Source: an uncultured virus (IMG/VR IMGVR_UViG_3300034110_001238) (lineage: Duplodnaviria > Heunggongvirae > Uroviricota > Caudoviricetes). Taken from it: 64,000 nucleotides of DNA. The DNA lies in the IMG/VR virus record IMGVR_UViG_3300034110_001238, one strand, 5' to 3'. The position numbers and the translations under genes are program-made. Positions 59,368 to 64,000 of this stretch are shown here, in pieces (positions within the stretch are counted from its first letter, which is position 1; each line of letters opens with the position of its first letter). The notes below the pieces were generated by a model. It had not been told where the DNA came from, searched no databases, and saw nothing but the letters and a program-made list of their open reading frames with translations.

Positions 59368-60177
59368 CTAGAATAATAACATAGAGATTAAGGCTTTATC
59401 ATTATCGGAAAAATTAAAAATATCTTCTTTCGATTGATATTCGAGATTAAATTTAAGTTTGTAATAATTAAAGGAATAATAGAGCCTTAGCAAGATTAGG
59501 TCATTCACCGAAAGCAATTCATTATCAATCATCACTTTATGTTCTTCCAAATTAAAAGAAGCCTTTTTCTTAGTGATATTTTCTATTAAAGCTAAGTGAT
59601 CTTTATAAGGAGCAACAATAAAGGTGGTATTCTTTCTATGTATTGAGAAATAAGAATTTTCTTCATCTAGTTCTCCAAATTCATTGTAGGCAATAAACTT
59701 AGGTGTGGTATGACAGGATGCATTGTAATAATTTAAATCCGACTGATTAGGATCAACATCCAAATAGGTTAAGTTTTTTACTATGCCTAATTCATCATAA
59801 ACAGTTCTAACAGGTTTGTTGACATTATCCTTGTATAAGCCATAGATACCTTTTGGTATAAATTTTACGCTCATTAATTGAAAATAAGGGTCAAAACCAA
59901 TAACCAGTGGCTTTACTGAGCTATCAATGGTTTTAAAGAGTGTTGTCAAATCACTATCAAAGATGTTAAATCTAAAGAGTTTAGTTTCATGATCAACCAA
60001 CAAGTAAATATTTAGTCCAACTACTTTTGTTTCTTCAAAGTCATCGTCAACTAAAATAACAACCTTTTCAATGTCTTCATAGACAAATGGGAAGTCAGTA
60101 TTGTCAAAAGTAACGCCAGCAACACTTAATATTTCCTTATTAGCTGCAGTAAATGACATATCGACATGCTTTGACAT
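59368..60177 (-). CDS. Hypothetical protein, paralog of 60229, MxxF tail
   Basis: EDIxKVVI, KPV and NExG; ends SMLLF. Confidence 0.7.
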   Translation of the reverse strand: MSKHVDMSFTAANKEILSVAGVTFDNTDFPFVYEDIEKVVILVDDDFEETKVVGLNIYLLVDHETKLFRFNIFDSDLTTLFKTIDSSVKPLVIGFDPYFQLMSVKFIPKGIYGLYKDNVNKPVRTVYDELGIVKNLTYLDVDPNQSDLNYYNASCHTTPKFIAYNEFGELDEENSYFSIHRKNTTFIVAPYKDHLALIENITKKKASFNLEEHKVMIDNELLSVNDLILLRLYYSFNYYKLKFNLEYQSKEDIFNFSDNDKALISMLLF

Positions 60178-60228
60178 GATTAAACCTCCTATTATTATGT
60201 TAGGTTTATATTATTATAATGTCAATTA

Positions 60229-61038
60229 TTAAATTACTTGCATTTGTAATACTGTTCGTTCATCAGGTGTTAAATGAAACAGATAATCTCTATTGTTAAA
60301 TGTTATTTCTTTATTTGTTTTATAATCATCAAAGTAAAAATACATATCAATAATTAATTCATCTACTAAATTTAATGTGTAGTTTTCAAATTCAAATTCA
60401 TATGTTTGATAATTTAATTTAAGCTTTTGACCTATCAATGCATTCATTATTCTTATATATTCGTCAATTTTAATATTTTCCATTTTCTTGTTACGTCTAC
60501 GATCTTCGAAGCAAATACAGGAATGTTGTTCTTTAATTGTCCCATCTTCATTGAAATATAAAACTCGTGGTTTTTGCCATTGTTTGAATTGTGTGTAATC
60601 AGTAATAGTATAACAATAATCGATCATCATGAATTCTAAAACATCCAGAGTCCCATTTTTATATGATTGGATAACAGGTTTATCAGGAATACGCCGAGCA
60701 AATCCGTGACTAAGTTTTTGCATTAACGAAAATGAAAATTGAAAGCTTTCGAATACGGCTACTGATATTTGTTCTGTTGGATTCGTTTCATTTAAGAATT
60801 CAAATAAACGCTTATAACAAAGATCATTACCATTAATAGTAATAATATTATGATGACTGAAAAAAGAGAACTCAACTTTTATATCATACTTTACATAGCA
60901 GTCGCCAAAATCTATCACAACCTTTTTAATATCTTCAAGATAATCTGGAAATTTGATTGGTTCTAAACATTGACTAGGTATGCTGACTAATTCAACATCA
61001 CCGACACAAAGTGAAAGATCTATATTATAAAAAGACAT
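60229..61038 (-). CDS. Hypothetical protein, paralog of 59368, MxxI tail
   Basis: Ends QMQVI. Confidence 0.7.
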   Translation of the reverse strand: MSFYNIDLSLCVGDVELVSIPSQCLEPIKFPDYLEDIKKVVIDFGDCYVKYDIKVEFSFFSHHNIITINGNDLCYKRLFEFLNETNPTEQISVAVFESFQFSFSLMQKLSHGFARRIPDKPVIQSYKNGTLDVLEFMMIDYCYTITDYTQFKQWQKPRVLYFNEDGTIKEQHSCICFEDRRRNKKMENIKIDEYIRIMNALIGQKLKLNYQTYEFEFENYTLNLVDELIIDMYFYFDDYKTNKEITFNNRDYLFHLTPDERTVLQMQVI

Positions 61039-61074
61039 TAAAAACTCCAAATAAAAATAACTATAGTTTTGTCA

Positions 61075-61410
61075 TTATTTATTAGGCATTTGAACTATAG
61101 GTGTTGGACTGTAATAATTCATCTTATGGTAATTAGTTGCATACTTCATTGAAAGCAAAATAACCAATACAATGATGGCTGAAACTCTAAAAACATTAGC
61201 CGCCATGACTGTTTTACTTTTCATTGCTAATAAAATAAGAACAGCGAATACGCATAAAAATAATAATGATGTGATGAGGGTGACTTTTAACACATCAGGG
61301 TTGATGTAGTCACCTTGTTCGATTGTTCTGTTAACTGCAGTACTCACTGCGGCCATAACAGATGAAGATGACATAAATAGTGAGAGTGATATAATCGCTT
61401 TATTAAACAT
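61075..61410 (-). CDS. Small membrane protein
   Basis: Signal peptide plus two TM helices. Confidence 0.6.
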   Translation of the reverse strand: MFNKAIISLSLFMSSSSVMAAVSTAVNRTIEQGDYINPDVLKVTLITSLLFLCVFAVLILLAMKSKTVMAANVFRVSAIIVLVILLSMKYATNYHKMNYYSPTPIVQMPNK

Positions 61411-61559
61411 AATAATTCTCTTTTAGTCCTTACCTATATTTTAGATCTTTTAAAATAGAATACAACATATAAACAAATATTTATTTTTACTGAATAAATA
61501 ATAAAATAAAAATAAAAAAAGACGATAATTATCGTCTTTATTTCATTAACATTTAAATC

Positions 61560-62306
61560 TTAAATGTCATAAAGGTCAGGTTCAAACCAGTTAACACATT
61601 TCAAGAATTTGTGTGCTCTGTATACTTTTCCGCCAACTGTTTGTTCTGATGATGAGTAAACCACTTGGAATGGTTTTCCATTAGCTTGAATCAATGGAGA
61701 ATCTTTTGAATATACATCAACACCTTTGTCACGATAGAATTTTAATGTTGCGGCAGTGTCTTCATCATTCAAACACAATTTGCTCATATTACTGTCAGTC
61801 ACTTTTTGAACTAACCTAGTCACATCAACTTTATAGAAAGCAGCTAATGACATAAGGTAAGTGTCTAAACTAACAATTTCTGCCATGATTTCTGAAGCTG
61901 TTGCTTTTTCTTGAATGCTTTCAATAACAGCGTCAATGAGGTTCTTAATGTCATCATAGACAGTGGTATACAATTCTGGTGTTGGTATCTCACCTAAAAA
62001 CTCTACTATGTGTTGATTAGCCGTTGCTTCAACATACTGAACATTTAAGAAGTGAGGTAAGCCATAAAGAAATACGAGTAAATCAGCAACAGCGTCAACC
62101 ATTTCTTTACGACCATCTTTATCATTAGGATCTTTAATTAAAACAGCAAAACCATCATCACGCAATTCGTCAAGTTCATCATAAAGGTTCTTAGCTTGGT
62201 TATAAAGCTTTTCATAGTTAGTAACAGTATTACCAGTAATGCTTGAACCAAATAGGTTACCGAAAGCAGTGTTGGTGTCAGATATATTTTTATACGGTTT
62301 GTTCAT
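61560..62306 (-). CDS. MazG-like / all-alpha NTP pyrophosphohydrolase
   Basis: DELDEL, DAVADLLVFLYG, SNMSKLC and FEPDL. Confidence 0.75.
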   Translation of the reverse strand: MNKPYKNISDTNTAFGNLFGSSITGNTVTNYEKLYNQAKNLYDELDELRDDGFAVLIKDPNDKDGRKEMVDAVADLLVFLYGLPHFLNVQYVEATANQHIVEFLGEIPTPELYTTVYDDIKNLIDAVIESIQEKATASEIMAEIVSLDTYLMSLAAFYKVDVTRLVQKVTDSNMSKLCLNDEDTAATLKFYRDKGVDVYSKDSPLIQANGKPFQVVYSSSEQTVGGKVYRAHKFLKCVNWFEPDLYDI

Positions 62307-62457
62307 TTATATTTCCTCTTTAATAATAGGAAATAAGTTAACATCAAAAAACGAAAAGTCAAAAAAAAGATTATTAAAAAAAAGACAATAAGCATTGATT
62401 TATCAATAATTAATGATACTCTTTTGTGTGTAAAGATTATAAATAGAGGATTTTTTA

Positions 62458-63102
62458 ATGGCAAAATATGGCGAATTTAACCAGTTACTAGATAAAGAAG
62501 AAATACAAATAGAAATACAAAAGTTAGGTAAACATCACGATTTGAAGTTTATTCAGACTTACATGGCAATGGCGTTTCAAGCCAGTCGCTTGTCTTATTG
62601 TGCTCGTTTAAAAGTGGGATCATTGATTGTAACGCCTAACAATGAAATGTTAATGGGATACAATGGAACACCTTCTGGTTATGACAACGTGTGTGAGTTA
62701 CCCGGTCAAGATGTTACTAATCCGATTACTTTGCATGGTGAAGCAAATGGCATGTCAAAAGCAGAGCAAAGCACACTGAGTATTAAAAACGCTTCTTTAT
62801 TTGTAACGCATATTCCCTGTATAGAATGTTCTAAAAGAATTATTCAGAGCGGCATGAAACGAGTATTTTATGTCAACGATTACCGATTGACAGATGGATT
62901 AGAGCTATTGACCGATTTTCGTTCCAAAATTCAAGTGATTAAGCTTACTGCTGAAACCTATGAAATAGAAAGAATACATGGCTATTATGCACCAAGTCTT
63001 ACCATCGAAAGTGAATATGTTTACAATGTATTACTTAAAGAGATCGATGATTTAAGGAAAGAACTCAGAGAATCAAAATGCGGTTGTGTGAGATGTAAAT
63101 AA
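62458..63102 (+). CDS. dCMP deaminase
   Basis: GYNGTPSG, HGEAN and PCIEC. Confidence 0.9.
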   Translation: MAKYGEFNQLLDKEEIQIEIQKLGKHHDLKFIQTYMAMAFQASRLSYCARLKVGSLIVTPNNEMLMGYNGTPSGYDNVCELPGQDVTNPITLHGEANGMSKAEQSTLSIKNASLFVTHIPCIECSKRIIQSGMKRVFYVNDYRLTDGLELLTDFRSKIQVIKLTAETYEIERIHGYYAPSLTIESEYVYNVLLKEIDDLRKELRESKCGCVRCK

Positions 63103-63148
63103 ACCATAAGACAATATTTCGGTATTGTCTTTTTTTTGGGAGGTCATC

Positions 63149-63436
63149 ATGATAGATATACATATCGGTTTAATCAGTATTTCATTATTTATCTTTGGTA
63201 TCGTGTGTTACAAATATTTTAAATACAACTCTTTGATAGTGACCAGTTCTGTATACGATATTGAAATGATAGGAATTGTTTTGCTTAGCTTTTTAAATGC
63301 TTGTGTGTGTATTATCATTTTAAAAGAGCATTTAGATTCAGTATTCTTATTGGGATCTGCACTGAATTACATCGGTATCTTCACATTAGGATCAAAAGTT
63401 ACCACTGCACGATTAAATCAAATGGATACAGAATAA
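63149..63436 (+). CDS. Small membrane protein
   Basis: GGAGG SD; three TM helices. Confidence 0.55.
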   Translation: MIDIHIGLISISLFIFGIVCYKYFKYNSLIVTSSVYDIEMIGIVLLSFLNACVCIIILKEHLDSVFLLGSALNYIGIFTLGSKVTTARLNQMDTE

Positions 63437-63481
63437 GAAAAGGTCACCGAAGTGACCTTATTCTATATCTATCAATTACAA

Positions 63482-64000
63482 TTAAGCAACCTTATGCTCT
63501 TTAATAAGTTTCTTAGGCATTCTTGGTTTCTTAATTTCTTTGCACACTGTCTTAAATTGAATAGACACTGGCGTTTTACTTGAATCCATTACATTCACTT
63601 CAAAAACATAACCAATCTTGGTAAAGTATTCAATCAATGAATCAACTGAAAACTTGTCAATCTTTTTATTAACCAAGTCACTAACTCGTGGTTGTTTAAT
63701 ATCAAGAATTTCTTGAACCTGACGTTGTTTGAATTTATTAGCAACAATAATTTCACCAATGGATGTCACCAAACGTGTTTTAATTGTGTTGATATAGTTA
63801 ACATCATCAGCCGGGTAACCCTCAATTACATAACCGATTTTGTTTAAATACTCCAACAAAGAATCTATTGAAAACTTCTCAACTTTACCATTTACTAAAT
63901 CACTAACACGCGGCTGTTTAATGTTTAAAAGCTGTTCAACTTCTCTTTGTTTTAGTTTCTTATGAGCAATAAGTCTTGCGATGGTTTTCGCTAATTTTTG
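63482..64000 (-). CDS. XRE/HigA-like protein with tandem HTH domains (5' partial)
   Basis: Frame open to the window end; IKQPRVSDLVN.K..KFS.DSL occurs twice. Confidence 0.8.
   Translation of the reverse strand, partial: QKLAKTIARLIAHKKLKQREVEQLLNIKQPRVSDLVNGKVEKFSIDSLLEYLNKIGYVIEGYPADDVNYINTIKTRLVTSIGEIIVANKFKQRQVQEILDIKQPRVSDLVNKKIDKFSVDSLIEYFTKIGYVFEVNVMDSSKTPVSIQFKTVCKEIKKPRMPKKLIKEHKVA

Noticed and set aside
2006..63504. Many 60-140 aa ORFs nested in or antisense to long genes (e.g. 19688..20062, 35264..35686, 39122..39364, 46338..46634)
   Set aside because: No SD or motifs; they overlap better-supported genes
1..64000. Ordinary bacterial chromosome segment
   Set aside because: Housekeeping homologs are isolated from their usual operons among orphan paralog arrays; phage versus megaplasmid cannot be settled from this window

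Overview
AT-rich (roughly 30% GC by eye), gene-dense segment with short, mostly orphan ORFs, near-consensus sigma70 promoters and intrinsic terminators. It looks like an accessory region of a jumbo phage or another large mobile replicon; no virion, replication or rRNA genes are in the window, so the replicon type is inferred. The OmpA-lipoprotein and PepSY genes suggest a gammaproteobacterial, possibly Pseudomonas-like, host. Recognisable content: a 14-unit minus-strand tRNA array (6 Ala, 3 Arg, 2 CAT, 3 aberrant tRNA-like units), a Zn-ribbon endonuclease, an OmpA lipoprotein cluster, Pth2, an HD hydrolase, Sir2/CobB, SufE, a CoaD-CoaE fusion, a DEDDh exonuclease, an RlmN-like radical SAM, ClpA, YqeY, MsrA, an MFS-acyltransferase, IleRS, Ogt, two MazG-like enzymes, dCMP deaminase and several paralog arrays. 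The main finding is a candidate set of cis-acting translation sensors, each placed in front of the genes that would repair the sensed defect. (1) A 13-codon leader (ATA AGA GCC AGA GCG ATA) with a multi-hairpin attenuator lies upstream of the tRNA array, which encodes the tRNAs that read those codons. (2) An Ile4 leader attenuator precedes ileS. (3) In-frame amber codons in an identical TGTAGATTGATAA context sit at codons 3-4 of the Pth2 and HD genes. (4) An SD-ATG-TAA start-stop leader precedes another gene. Separately, 18 largely unrelated proteins share a C-terminal motif ending M-x-x-[I/F/V]-COOH. All calls come from reading the sequence; no database searches or folding programs were run.
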